DNA from: Candidatus Stammera capleta
Lineage (GTDB): Bacteria > Pseudomonadota > Gammaproteobacteria > Enterobacterales > Enterobacteriaceae
Direction of reading: 5' to 3'
DNA: 64,000 bases
Assembly: GCA_036689465.1 (NCBI GenBank)
Contig: CP144833.1
Coordinates: 163,093-227,092, forward strand
This document shows positions 39,800 to 52,798 of this stretch, one piece after another. The translations under genes were made by a program, and so were the position numbers. Under the pieces are notes generated by a model that worked only from the letters and a program-made list of their open reading frames with translations, made no database searches and was not told where the DNA came from. Each line of letters opens with the position of its first letter. Within the stretch, counting starts at the first letter, position 1.

Positions 39800-40274
39800 A
39801 TATTATAAAAAAAAAAAATAAATAAATAAAGAAAATATAATATAATTAATTATTTTAATACGAAAGAAAAATCATAGAGGAAATCTCGTTTTTATATTTA
39901 AAGGTCAAAAAAAATATATTCCTCGACAAGTAAATATATCAGCTACTATATGACTCACATATCCTAATAACATACCTATAATTATATCTAAATTAAAATT
40001 TAGATAAAAAAAATTCAAATAAAACAAAAAAAAGAAAAAAAAAACTAAAAAAAATAAACTATGTGTAAATTTTCTATGTTTAAAAATTTTCAAAAAAAAA
40101 AAAAAATATATTAAAATTTAAAAAAGACTTAGGATGATCTAAATCTGGCAATAAACAAGTTATTAAACTAGAAAAAATTATATGTCATAAATCTAAATAA
40201 ATAAAAAGATTAAATATTTTGATAAATAACAAAACAAAAAAAAAAGAAAAAAACAAATGATTCCTAAAATTCAC
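39800..40274 (-). pseudogene. ydjM: YdjM-like membrane-bound metal-dependent hydrolase (DUF457), frameshifted in a T15 (sense) tract; 3' end approximate
   Basis: The N-terminal part, from GTG 40274, reads NFRNHLFFS..WHIIFSSLITCLLPDLDHPKSF in one frame. The C-terminal part is ORF 39905..40093, (L)KIFKHRKFTHS..GMLLGYVSHIVADIFT.RGI.FFW, in another frame. The two meet at the 40092..40106 homopolymer. The stop position after the TGA at 39905 is not resolved by hand. Confidence 0.55.
40092..40106 (-). repeat. T15 (sense strand) homopolymer at the ydjM-like frame break
   Basis: The run of 15 A on the + strand follows c40091. The ORF-track start TTG at 40093..40091 anchors the position. Confidence 0.7.
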
Positions 40275-40355
40275 AATATACCTTCAAATATAAAAATTTA
40301 AAAAATTAATTTTAAAATAATAATAATTATATAATAGTAATTATAAAATAATAAT

Positions 40356-42149
40356 ATGGTAATTAAAATGATAAAAATAAAATATTTAAGAAAAATATAT
40401 TTATTTAAAAAAAACATTTCTTTAAAAAAAATTATAAAAAAAATTAAAAAAAATAAAAAAAAAATATATATAGGAGGTTATATAAATAAAAAAATTATTG
40501 ATTTAAATTATAAAATTAAAAAAAATATAAATATTAACTTTATAAGTATAAATTCATATATAGGAAAAAAAATTATATTTATTATATTCAAATATATAAT
40601 AAAATTATCTTTAAAAAAAATTTTAATAAAATTTAATTTAATAAAAGTTAAAAAAGAAAAAAAAAAATATTGTTATATTATTACTTATAATGAAAAAATA
40701 TGCTCATATAAAAAAAAAAAAATAAAAAATAAAATAACAAATATTATAAAAAATAAAAACTTTATAATTAAATTTAATAAAAAAATTTTTAAAAAAATAA
40801 AAATATTAAAAATTAATTTATTTAAAAAATATTTATATTTTTTTAAAATTGATTTAGTATTAATAAAACAATCACCTAAAAAAAAAATTAAAATAATATA
40901 TTTTAAAATAAAAAAAAATAATAAATTTTTACTAAATTATTTAAATAAAAAAAAAAATATTCAAAATAAATATGATCATAGAATAATTAATAAACAGATA
41001 AATTTATATCATATAAATAAAGAAACTCCAGGAATGATATTTTGACACGAAAATGGATTTTTATTATTAGAAAATATTAAAAAATTACTAAGAAAAAAAA
41101 ATTATCAATATAATTATATTGAGGTACAAAGCGCATATTTAATAAATAAAAATATGTGAAAAAAAAGTGGTCATTGAAAAAACTATAATAATTTTATTTT
41201 TAGTACAACATCAGAAAAAAAAAAATTATGTATTAAACCAATGAATTGTTTAGGTCATATTGATATATATAAACAAAAAAAAATATCATATAAAAATTTA
41301 CCTATAAGATTATCAGAATTTGGTATATGTCATAGAAATGAATATTCTGGATCATTATATGGATTAATGAGAACTAGATCATTTACACAAGACGATGCTC
41401 ATATATTTTGTACAAAAAAACAAATAAAAAAAGAAATTTCTCAATGTATTAATTTAATACAAGACATATATAAAATATTTAAATTTAAAAAAAATATTAA
41501 AATATTTATTTCAACAAAACCTAAAAAATATTCAGGAAGTATAAAAACATGAAAAAAAACAGAAAATAAACTAATTAATATTTTAAAAAAAAAAAAAATT
41601 AATTTTAAAATAAAAAAAGGAGAAGGAGCTTTTTATGGACCTAAAATAGAATTTATATTAAAAGATTCTTATAATAAAGAATGACAATGTGGAACAATAC
41701 AATTAGATTTTTACTTACCTAAGAAATTAAAAATAAATTATTTAAATAAAAAAAATAAAAAAAAAAAAATTTTTATTATACATAGAGCAATATTGGGTTC
41801 TTTAGAAAGATTTATAGGTATAATAATAGAAAAAAATAATGGTTGACTACCTATATGACTAACACCAATACAAGTTGTAGTAATAAATATTTCTACTAAA
41901 CATGAATTATATTGTTTAAATATTATAAAAATATTAAAAAAAAATCATATCAGATATATAAAAGATTTTAGAAATAAAAAAATAAATTCTAAAATTAAAA
42001 AACATACTTTACAAAAAATACCTTACATGATAGTATGCGGCGATAAAGAAGTTCTTAACAATACTATTAACGTGAGAAAATATAATAAATTTTATACAAC
42101 AAATATAAATAAGTTAATTAAAAAAATTAAAAAAAAAAATAAATATTAA
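40356..42149 (+). CDS. thrS: threonine--tRNA ligase
   Basis: ORFs 40356..41045 and 41241..41552 are in frame (598 codons). ETPGMIFW(TGA)[43 protein letters not shown] and [13 protein letters not shown] are present. Confidence 0.93.
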
Positions 42150-42150
42150 A

Positions 42151-42161
42151 AGGAGAAAATT
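42151..42161 (+). promoter_or_regulatory. Shine-Dalgarno AGGAG plus non-canonical ATT initiation codon of infC
   Basis: The thrS TAA at 42147..42149 is followed by aAGGAGaaaATTATT. No ATG, GTG or TTG lies in the infC frame before conserved IF3 residues. Confidence 0.7.
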
Positions 42162-42692
42162 ATTAAAATTTACAAAAAAATATATACTAAAAAACTACAC
42201 AGAACAAATTATGAAATAAAATCACCAACTATTAAAATAGTTGGAGATAATTTTAAAAATATTAAAATAATTAAAACTAGTGAAGCTATTAAATTAGCTA
42301 AAAAAAATAATTTAGACTTGGTAGAAATTAATTCAAATAATAAACCACCTATATGTAAAATATTAAATTACGGTAAATTTTTATATAAAAAAAATAAAAG
42401 AATTAAAAAAAATAAAATAATTAATATTAAAGAAATAAAATTTAGACCTAATACTAATATAAATGATTTTAATATAAAAATTAAAAATATTAAACGTTTA
42501 ATTAAAAAAGGGAATAAAATTAAAATAATTATGAGATTTAAAGGAAGAGAAATAATACACAAAAATATAGCATTAAATATGCTTAATAATATTAAAAAAA
42601 AATTATCTAAAATATCACAACTCATATTTTTCTCTAAAAAAACTGAAAACAGACAAATTATTATGATTCTTAATCCTCAAAAAAAAAAATAA
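42159..42692 (+). CDS. infC: translation initiation factor IF-3 (ATT start)
   Basis: The ORF 42318..42692 frame extends upstream to the thrS stop. ..[18 protein letters not shown]......[33 protein letters not shown] is colinear with E. coli IF3. Confidence 0.9.
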   Translation: MIKIYKKIYTKKLHRTNYEIKSPTIKIVGDNFKNIKIIKTSEAIKLAKKNNLDLVEINSNNKPPICKILNYGKFLYKKNKRIKKNKIINIKEIKFRPNTNINDFNIKIKNIKRLIKKGNKIKIIMRFKGREIIHKNIALNMLNNIKKKLSKISQLIFFSKKTENRQIIMILNPQKKK

Positions 42693-42696
42693 TATT

Positions 42697-42894
42697 ATGC
42701 CAAAAATTAAAACTATTCATGCAGTAGTTAAAAGAATTAAAAAACTTGCTTCAGGAAAATTAAAATTTAAACAAACAAATTTACGTCATATATTAACTAA
42801 AAAAAAAAAAAAAAGAAAAAGACATTTACGTAATAAAAAAATAGTTAATAAAATAAATACTAAAATAATAATTAGAAGTATTCCATATTTATAA
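42697..42894 (+). CDS. rpmI: 50S ribosomal protein L35
   Basis: [35 protein letters not shown]. Confidence 0.95.
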   Translation: MPKIKTIHAVVKRIKKLASGKLKFKQTNLRHILTKKKKKRKRHLRNKKIVNKINTKIIIRSIPYL

Positions 42895-42902
42895 GAGGAA
42901 AA

Positions 42903-43250
42903 ATGGTAAGAGTTAAAAGGGGTAAAATTTCTCATAAAAAACATAAAAAAATCATTAAATTATCTAAAGGATATTATAGTTCTAGATCTAGAACATATAG
43001 ATCAGCATATCAAGCAACTATTAAATCAGCACAATATGCATATAGAGATAGAAAACAAAAAAAAAGAAATTTTAGAAAATTATGAATAATACAGATTAAC
43101 GCTAAAGTAAGAGAATATGGTATATCTTATAGTAAATTTATAAAAAAATTAAATGATATGTCAATAAAAATTAACAGAAAAATACTTACTGATTTAATAA
43201 ATAATCATTCTACATCATTTAATAAATTAATGGCATTAATAAAAAAATAA
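42903..43250 (+). CDS. rplT: 50S ribosomal protein L20
   Basis: [34 protein letters not shown]...K...[17 protein letters not shown](TGA)I..INA. Confidence 0.95.
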
Positions 43251-43262
43251 TATTTTTAAAAC

Positions 43263-44231
43263 ATGTTTGATTTTAAAAAAATAAAAATAAAATTTAATAA
43301 AGAAATTAAAAAAGTTAAAAATAATCAAAATATACAAAAATTAAATATAAAATATTTAAGTAAAAAAGGTAAAATTACTAATTTAATAAAATTAATTAAA
43401 AATGTTCCTGATAATTTAAAACCAAAATATGGAAAAAATATTAATTATATTAAAAATTATATTAAAAAAAAAATTAATTATTTAAAAAAAAAATATATAT
43501 ATAAAAAAAAAAAAATATACATAGATTTATCTCTACCAGGAAGATTTTATTTCACAAAAGGAAATAAACATCCTATAACTAAAACAATCCAAAAAATAGA
43601 ATATTTTTTTCATAAACTAGGATTCAAAAACATTTATAGTAAAGAAATAGAAGATGTATATTATAACTTTGATTCATTAAATATTGATAAATATCATCCC
43701 TCAAGATCTATACAAGATACTTTTTGAATAAATAATAAAAAATTATTAAGAACTCAAACATCATGTATACAAACAAGATGCTTAAAACAAATTAAACCAC
43801 CTATAAAAATAATAACTTCAGGATGTGTTTTTAGAAAAGATTATGATAATACTCATACACCTATGTTTCATCAACTAGAATGTTTTGTTATAGAAAAAAA
43901 TATAAATATTACTAATTTAAAATATATTATTAATGAATTTATTAATTATTTTTTTAGAAAAAAAAAACAAATTAAATTAATTCCTGCATTTTTTCCATTT
44001 ACAGAACCTTCATTAGAAGTTTATATTAAATATAATAATAAAAAATGGCTAGAAGTTTTAGGATGTGGATTAATACATCCCAAAATATTAAAAAATTTTA
44101 AAATTAATCCTAAAGAATTTTCCGGATTAGCTTTAGGTATGGGTATAGAGAGATTATTAATGATTAAATATAATATAAGTGATATAAGATTACTATATAA
44201 TAATAACATAGAATTTTTAGATCAATTTTAA
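43263..44231 (+). CDS. pheS: phenylalanine--tRNA ligase alpha subunit
   Basis: ORFs 43263..43727 and 43863..44231 are in frame (323 codons). HPSRSIQDTFW, MFHQLE, FPFTEPS.E and GCG.IHP are present. Confidence 0.93.
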
Positions 44232-44235
44232 AATA

Positions 44236-46461
44236 ATGAAATTTTTTGAAGATTGAATTAGAGAATATTATAAAAGTAATTATAATATTTCAAATATAAT
44301 AAATACATTAAATAAAAATGGTTTTGAAGTAAGTAATTTCAACATTAATAATATAAATAAAAAATATATTCTTAAAAAAATATTAATTCATAAAAATATA
44401 AACAAAAAAATATCAAAAATTAAAATATATAATAATATTTCTTTATATATTAATAACATTAAAGAAAATTTAAAAAATAAAATTATTTTAATAAAGAAAA
44501 AATATATAAAAAAAAAAATTATCTTTTTATACTATAAAATTAAAATACAAAATAATTATATATTTATATTATATACAAAAAAAAAAAAAAATAAAAAAAA
44601 ATTAATAAAAAGATATAATTATTTAGAAATTAATATACCTTATAATAGATTTGATTGTAATAATGTATACGGTTTAGCAAGAGAATTATCGATATTAAAT
44701 AAAAATAAATGTGTAAAAAAAAAAAATAAAATAAAAGATAAAATAAAAAATAATTATTACATAAAAATTAAAAATATTAATAAAAAACATATTTTAAATT
44801 ATAAATATTTAATAATAAAAAAAATTAATTTAAATAAATTTAAAACACCAGAATTAATTAAAAAAAGACTTAAAAAATTAGATATAAAAAATAAAAATAA
44901 AATTATAGATGTAATATGATATATATTAATAGAATCAGGTCAAAAAATAATTTGTTTGAATTTAAATAAAATTATTAAATACAACAAAAAAAAACATATA
45001 TATAAAAAAAATAAAAATAAAATTTATTTAAAAATTAATAACATAAACAAATTTATAATTAAAAAAAAAACAAATAAAATACTTCTCATAGCACCATTAT
45101 ATAATATTAAATATATTAAAAAACTAAAAAAAAATAATTTTAATTCAATAAATAAATATTTAAATAATATTGATAAAAATACACAAATTTTTTTTTTAGA
45201 AAAAATTTCATATATATTAACAAAAATATGTGGAGGAAAAACTAGTAATATCATTACTAAAAAAAAAAAACAAAAAAAAAAAAAATATATAAATTTAATT
45301 TATAAAGATATAAATAATAAAATAGGTATAATTATTAATAAAAAATATATTATACGTATATTAAAAAAAATAAAATGTAAATTAAAAATTAAAAAAAAAA
45401 AAATTTATGTAAAACCACCTTCATGAAGATATGATCTAAAAATTAAAGAAGATCTAATTGAAGAAATAATTAAAATATATGGATATAATAATATTCCTAG
45501 TAAAACATGAAATACAAAATTAATATTTAATCAAGAAAATTATTATCAATTTACAATAAATAAAATTAAAAATTATTTTACAAATATAGGATATCAAGAA
45601 GTAATAAACTTTCATTTTTCTAATTTTAGAGATAAAAATATATTCAAGGACAATCATAGATATATTGAAATTATTAATCCTATATCTAAAGATATGACAT
45701 TAATGAGAACATCATTAATTCCTGGATTAATAAAAAATATATGCATAAATAATGCAAGACAAAAAAAAAATATTAAATTTTTTGAAATAGGTACATGTTA
45801 TAAAAAAAATAAGAATAAAATAAAACAAGAAATTTTTTTTTCTGCAATTATATACGGATATAAAAATAAAGAAAATTGATTTATTAAAAAAAAAAGTTTA
45901 TTTGATTATTTTGATATTAAAGGAGATTTAGAAATTTTTTTAAAAAAAATAAATAAATATTATTTATATGATATAAAAAAATCTAAATATAGATTATTGG
46001 ATAATAATGAAAACACAAAAATATTTTTCAAAAAAAAAAATATAGGATTTATAGGTAAATTAAATAAAAAAATACAAAATTATTATTCACTTAAATATCC
46101 TATATATTTATTCGAAATAAAAATTAAAAATATTTTTTTTTCAATAAATAAAAAAATTAAAAATATATCTAAATATCCTAGTATTACCAGAGATATAACT
46201 ATTATAATACCAAATTATATTTGAATAACAAAAATTATTAATAAATGTTATTTAATAAATATAAATAAAATAAAAAAAATAAATATTATTAAAACATATA
46301 TAAATAAAAAGTTAAAAAAAGAAAAAAAAAAAAATATAACTTTAAGAATATTAATACAAGATAATTATAAAACATTAGAAAATTATGAAATAAATAAAAT
46401 AATTGATCAATGTAAAAAAATGATAAAAAAAAAGTTTTTTGCATCTATTATAGATAAATAA
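44236..46461 (+). CDS. pheT: phenylalanine--tRNA ligase beta subunit
   Basis: MKFFEDW(TGA)IREY... ORFs 44956.., 45694.. and 45997.. are all in frame with ATG 44236 (742 codons). The gene is very Lys/Ile-rich. Confidence 0.88.
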
Positions 46462-46752
46462 ATGAATTATAATAAAAAAGATATAGTAAATTATATTAAA
46501 AAAAGAAGTAAAATAAGTAAAAAAAACATTAATTTAATTATTGATATTTTTTTAAAAAATATAATATATTATATAAAAAACAAAAAAATTATTAAAATAA
46601 AAAATTTTGGAATTTTTTTTTTAAAAAAAACACAAAAAAAAAAATGAATACATCCTAAAAACAAAAAATTATATATTATATATCCTCAAAAAAAACTTAA
46701 ATTTAAAATTAGTAAAATATTTAAAAAAAAAATTAATAAATTATTTAAATAA
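46462..46752 (+). CDS. ihfA: integration host factor alpha subunit (HU/IHF family)
   Basis: It lies immediately after pheT, as in E. coli. ..IKIKNFGIFFLKKTQKKKW(TGA)IHPKNKK..I...KKLKFK is the beta-arm region. Confidence 0.8.
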
Positions 46753-46781
46753 TATTAAATTAAAGATAAAATATAAAAAAA

Positions 46782-47501
46782 ATGAAAATTAAAAAAAAAT
46801 ATATAAAAACAAAAGATAAAAATTTACTACCTATATATTTATATAAACCTAAAAAATTTTTATCAAGTAAAAAAATTATAATAGTAATAGAAGAAATATT
46901 CGGAGTTAATAAAAATATTAAAAAAATATGTAAAAAAATATCTAAATATAATTATTTATCTGTAACACCCGAATTATTATTTAGAATTAAAAACATAAAT
47001 TTTAAACAAAATATTAATAATTTAAGAGAACAAGTAAATACTTTATCAGATAAAAATATTATTAGTGATCTTATAGATATGATAAATTGATTAAAAAAAA
47101 AATACAAAACTAATAAAATTGGTATGACAGGTTTCTGTTGAGGTGGTAGAATAACTTGATTATTTTCATATTTTCAAATATTACACATTAAAACAGCAGT
47201 AATATGATATGGAAGATTAATGGATATAAGAAATAATAATCATCCTATACATCCTTTAGATATAGGTAGTAAAATAAAAATACCAGTACTAGGTTTATAT
47301 GGTGAAAAAGATAAAAGTATACCTATAAATACAGTTGAAAAAATGATTAAAAAAATTACTCTTAATAATAAAAAAAACAAAATTATAATTTATAAAAAAG
47401 CTCAACACGGATTTTTTGCAGATTATAGATTAACATACAATAAAAAAATAGCTAAAAAAGCTTGAAAAAAAATGATTAACTGATTTAAAAAAAATATATA
47501 A
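46782..47501 (+). CDS. ysgA: dienelactone hydrolase family protein (YsgA-like carboxymethylenebutenolidase)
   Basis: ORFs 46782..47090 and 47220..47465 are in frame. IIVIEEIFGVNKNIKKICKK, MTGFCW(TGA)GGRITW, VLGLYGEKD and the catalytic His in QHGFFADYR are colinear with E. coli YsgA. Confidence 0.85.
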
Positions 47502-47522
47502 ATTTATATGGTAAAATAAATT

Positions 47523-48248
47523 ATGAAAAAATATTCATATTATTACTATGATAATAGTATAAATACAATTTATTCTTATATTAATAACGTGTATGGATGA
47601 ATGTCTTGTGGTTTATTATTAACGTCATTTACAGCATGATATACTACTAAAATACCATTTTTATTAGAAATAATATTTTTTAGCAAATTATTTTTGTTTA
47701 CAATATTAATAACTCAATTAATAGTTGTATTTATATTATCTAATATGGTAAATAAATTACCCGCCAATTTTGCTATAGCTTTATTTATGTTTTATTCTGT
47801 TTTGACTGGATTATCAATTTCTAGTATATTTTTAATATATACGTATATATCAATAGCTACAACATTTTTAACAACTAGTATTATGTTTGGAATAATGAGT
47901 ATATGAGGTTATAGTACAAAACAAGATTTAACTAAAATAGGTAATTTAGCATTAATGTCATTAATAGGAATTATATTATCTACAATATTAAACTTTTTTT
48001 TAAAAAATAATTATTTGGAATATATAATATCATATATAGGTATATTATCTTTCTCTATATTAATAGCTTGAGATACACAAAAATTAAAAGAAATAGGACA
48101 TTATATTACTAATGAATACGATGAACAATTTAGAAAATACTCTATATTAGGAGCTCTTATATTATATTTAGATTTTATAAACTTATATTTATTAATATTA
48201 AAATTAATAGGAGTAAAATATGAAAATGAAGAAAAAAAAGATCAATAA
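47523..48248 (+). CDS. ybhL: Bax-inhibitor-1/YccA-family inner membrane protein
   Basis: ..YINNVYGW(TGA)MSCGLLLTSFTAW.. , LFMFYSVLTGLSISSIF, YDTQKLK-like AWDTQKLKE and RKYSILGALILYLDFINL are colinear with E. coli YbhL. Confidence 0.85.
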
Positions 48249-48383
48249 GTAAAATTAATAAAATTTTTTAAAATAAATATAAATTTTAAATTTTTATATC
48301 TTTTAAAAAAAATAAATAATTCTTAAAATTAAATTAATATTAAATTTATAAAAATTAAATAAGTTACTTATATAAAGTAAACA

Positions 48384-48908
48384 TTACTTATTTTTTTTTA
48401 TACAAGAAGTAATTATTTTTTTAGCTTCATAAACATCACCTCAACCTTTATTTTTAACTCATTTATTTTTTTCTAAAGATTTATAATTTTCGAAAAAATA
48501 ATTTATTTTATTTAACAAATTCTTATCTATATCATAGATATCTTGAATATTGTTATATTCATTACTAACATTATAATTAGGAACAGCCAATATTTTATAA
48601 TCTTCTCCAGATTCATCAATCAAATTTAAAATACCTACAGGACGACTATGAATTACTGATTTTGGTATTAAAGGATAAAAAGATATTACTAAAACATCTA
48701 AAGGATCATTATCCTTTGATAATGTATTATTTATATAACCGTAATTACATGGATAATACATAGGTACATTTATAAATCTATCAACAAATAAAACTTCATA
48801 ATCAATATTATATTCATATTTTACTGGATAAGAGCCTAAAGATATTTCAATAATACTATAAATATCATCTGGAACATTTTTACCAACAGGAATATTCTTT
48901 AAATTCAT
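48384..48908 (-). CDS. ppa: inorganic pyrophosphatase
   Basis: ORF 48459..48929 continues through two TGAs to TAA at 48384. The likely start is MNLKNIPVGK at 48908. YPCNYGYINNTLS.DNDPLDVLV and ..KW VKNKGW are present (175 codons). Confidence 0.93.
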
Positions 48909-48988
48909 ATAATACACCTTTAAAAACAACTTTAATTTAATAAATAATTAATTTATAATAAATTATTATAATATAATAAATATAAAAT

Positions 48989-50323
48989 ATGAATATTAAA
49001 AAAATAAATAAAAAAATTATTCAAACATATAATTTAATTAAAAAAAATATTAAAGCAAATATACAAATTAAAGTATTAACAAATAAAGAAACTAATTTGA
49101 AAATTAAAAATCAAAAATTAGAAAATATAAATTATATAAAAAATAGAAAAATATATATTACTATATATAAAAATTATAAAAAAATTAATATAATATGTAA
49201 TAATTTTAAAAAAAAATATATTTTAAAATATATAAAATATATTAATAATAATATAAAATATATCTCTACAGATAAATATAATCAATTACCAGATTATAAC
49301 CTATATAACAAAAAATATGAATCAAATTTAGGTATAATATTTAATGATAATATATCTATAATAGATATGATTCAAATTTCTAAAAATATAGAAAAAAATA
49401 CTTTAAATTTAAGTAAAAATTTAATTAGTGAAGGAATCACATTTAATAAAACTCTAACTAATATATGAATATATAATGATTATAAAAAAATTAAAAATTT
49501 CTCTTCTAAATTATATCTAATAATAGTAGATGTAATAATAAAAAATAAATATTTTATGGAACAAGATTATATATATATATATAGTCATAAATTATTAGAT
49601 ATAATAAATAAATATCATTATTTAAGTAAAAAAATATTTGAAAAAATTAATAAAAAATTGAATATTAAAAAAATATATACCAAAAAAACATCAATAATAT
49701 TTAATAATGAAACAAGTACAGAAATATTTCAGTATTTAAGTAAAATTATTAATGGTTATAATATATATAACCAAAATTCATGTATGATAAATAAAATAAA
49801 TAAAAAAATATTACCCAAATGAATGAATATTATAGAAGATCCTTTTATTTATAAAGGTATAGGGTCAAAACCATTCGATTTAGAAGGATTAAATACTTAT
49901 AAATATAATGTAGTTAAAAAAGGTAAATTAAAAACATGAATATTAGATACATACTCATCTAGAAAATTAAATATAAAAAATACATGTAATTCCGGGGGAA
50001 TACATAATTGACGTTTTATAAATAAAAAAAATATCAGTTTTAAAAAAATAATTAAAAAAATGAATAATGGATTAATAATTGATAAATTATTAGGACAAGG
50101 AGTAAATATTACAACAGGAACATTTTCTAAAGGAGCTTCAGGATTTAAAATAAAAAATGGTAAAATAAAACATTTTATAAATGAAATAACAATATCAGGA
50201 AATTTAAAAAAAATATTTAAAAATATAATTTATATGAGTAATGATATTAATACTAACTCTAATATTAGAGCTGGTTCTATTCTTATATATGATATACAAA
50301 TAACAGGAAAAAATTGTAAATAA
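48989..50323 (+). CDS. pmbA: metalloprotease PmbA (TldE)
   Basis: Three ORF pieces are in frame (445 codons). The C-terminus GQGVNITTGTFSKGASGFKIKNGKI...NEITISGNLKK...NI....ND......I..GSIL matches E. coli PmbA. Confidence 0.85.
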
Positions 50324-50459
50324 AATTTTATATATTACGCTAAAAAACTTTATCTTTTATAAGATATTATATTTATAAATAAAATTTTTAAAAATATTAA
50401 TTATAATTCAATATTTTTTAAAAAAATATATAAGTTTAAATTTTTTTGTTGTATAAAAT

Positions 50460-51551
50460 TTAATTATTATTAATTAATAAATTCACACAATTCAATAATT
50501 TTAAAATTTTAGTTAAATAATTTATAACAGATGTTTTACTTTCTTTTAACCACATTCTAGGATCATAAAATTTTTTATTAGGTTTATCATCACCCTTAGG
50601 GTTTCCTAACTGGGAATTTAGATAATCCTTATATATAAGATAATAATCTAATACACCTTTTCAAGAAGATCATTGAACATCAGTATCTAAATTAATTTTT
50701 ACTACACCGTAATCAATAGATTGTCTAATAATTTCTTTACTACTACCCGAACCACCATGAAAAACAAAATTTAAAGGATTATCTTGATCTATAGAAAAAA
50801 TCCTTTTAACTAATATTTGTGATTTTAATAAAATATCAGGTAATAAACATATATTTTTTGATTTATATACTCCATGAACATTACCAAAAGAAGCTGCTAT
50901 AGTAAAATAATTACTTATTTTAATTAATCTTTTATAAGCATATAATACATCTTCAGGAGTAGTATATAAATATTTACGGGATAAAAAACTATTATCTAAC
51001 CCATCTTCTTCTCCACCTGTACAACCTAATTCTATTTCTAAATTAATATTTAGATTATTAAATTTTCTTAAATAAAAACAACATAAATCTATATTATTTT
51101 TAATTTTACACTTAGATAAATCTATCATATGAGAACTAAATAAAGGTTTTCCATAACTTAAATAAAAATCTTTATTATAATCTAATAAACCATCTAATCA
51201 AGGTAAATAATCTTTAGTACAATGATCAGTATGTAAAATTACTGGAACATTATAATAAATAGAAGCTTCATGAACATATTTAGCTCCTAATACAGAACCA
51301 TGAATAGCTGACTGAATGTTATTCTTAAAACTCAAAGAATTACCTACAAAAAAAGAAGAACCTGAAAAAGAAAATTGAATTATAATTATAGTATTTAATT
51401 TTCTAGCAGATTCTAAAACAGAATTAATAGAATTTGTATCTATACAATTAATTGCTGGTAAAGCTATTTTTTTTTTTTTAATAAAATTAAAAACTTTATT
51501 AATATTTTTACCAAATAAAACACCGGGTTTAATAAAACTTAAATAATTCAT
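50460..51551 (-). CDS. fbaA: fructose-bisphosphate aldolase class II
   Basis: ORFs 51198..51551 and 50670..51128 plus a C-terminal piece are in frame (364 codons). ..VILHTDHC.., ELGCTGGEEDG, FGNVHGVYK, HGGSGS and QW..W..QLGNPKGDDKPNKKFYDPRMW are present. Confidence 0.95.
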
Positions 51552-51578
51552 AATATTATTATATTAATTATTAAAAAT

Positions 51579-52754
51579 TTAAAATAAAATTGATTTTTTT
51601 TTTAAAATAGATATTACTGGAAGTTCTTTTCCTTCTAAAAATTTTAAAAATGATCCTCCTCCAGTTGATATATAAGAAATTTTATCAGAAATACCAAAAT
51701 ATTCCACTGCAGAAATAGTATCTCCACCACCTATAACAGTAAAAATATTATTATTTTTTATTACCTCAGCAATACATGCAGTACCTTGTCTAAAATTAGT
51801 AAACTCAAATACACCTACAGGACCATTTCATAAAATAGTTTTAGCATCTTTTAAAATATTAATCATTAAATTAATAGTTTTATCGCCAAAATCCATTATT
51901 TCTTCATTGCAAAAAATATTATTCACTTCACGTAGATATGATTTAGCATTTTTAGAAAATTTTTTTCCCACTCTACAATCTATAGGAACAAATATATTAT
52001 TATATTTATCAAGTAATTTTTTAGCTTTATCAACATAAGAAAATTCATATAATGATTTACCTATATTATTATTTATAGATATAAAAGTATTAGATATACC
52101 ACCACCAACTATTAAATTATCAGAAATAGATCCTAAATAATTTAAAATATTAAATTTAGTTGATATTTTAGCTCCACCTATTATAGACACTAATGGCCTA
52201 ATAGGATTAGATATAATATTAGATAAAGTATTTATTTCTGAATTAAATAAAAACCCTATACAAGATATAGGGGCAAAATTAATAACCCCATATGTAGAAG
52301 AATGGGATCTATGAGCAGTAGCAAAAGCATCCATTACAAAAATATCACACATATTAGCATATTTTTTAGATAAACATTCATCATTTTTAGTTTCACCAAT
52401 ATTAAAACGAACATTTTCTAACATAAAAATTTTATTTTTATATTTAGAAAAAATGATTTCTTTATTTAAATAATCAGTAATAAATTCTATTGAAACATTA
52501 AGTTTTTTTTCTAAATATTTAGCTATAGGTAACAAAGAATATTTTTTATTATATACACCTTCGATAGGTCTACCTAAATGAGAAGTTAATATAACTATAG
52601 CATTTTTATTAATAGCATATTTTATAGTAGATAAAGAAGAATCTATTCTTTTACTAGATATAATTACCCCATTATGAATAGGAACATTTAAATCTAATCT
52701 AATCATTACTCTTTTATTTAATAAATCAACATTATTAATTTTTAAAATAGACAT
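51579..52754 (-). CDS. pgk: phosphoglycerate kinase
   Basis: ORF 51828..52754 continues past TGA: ..TILW(TGA)[29 protein letters not shown] (392 codons). It lies upstream of fbaA, as in E. coli. Confidence 0.95.
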
Positions 52755-52798
52755 AACATCTCCCCATTTTTTTTGAAAAAAAAATAAACAATTTTTTT

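Noticed and set aside
48362-48382. A short inverted repeat (TTACTT..AAGTAA) just downstream of the ppa stop; considered as a possible bidirectional terminator between ybhL and ppa.
   Set aside because: The stem is only 6 bp with a single G:C pair and no clear U-tract logic. It cannot be distinguished from random A/T palindromes.
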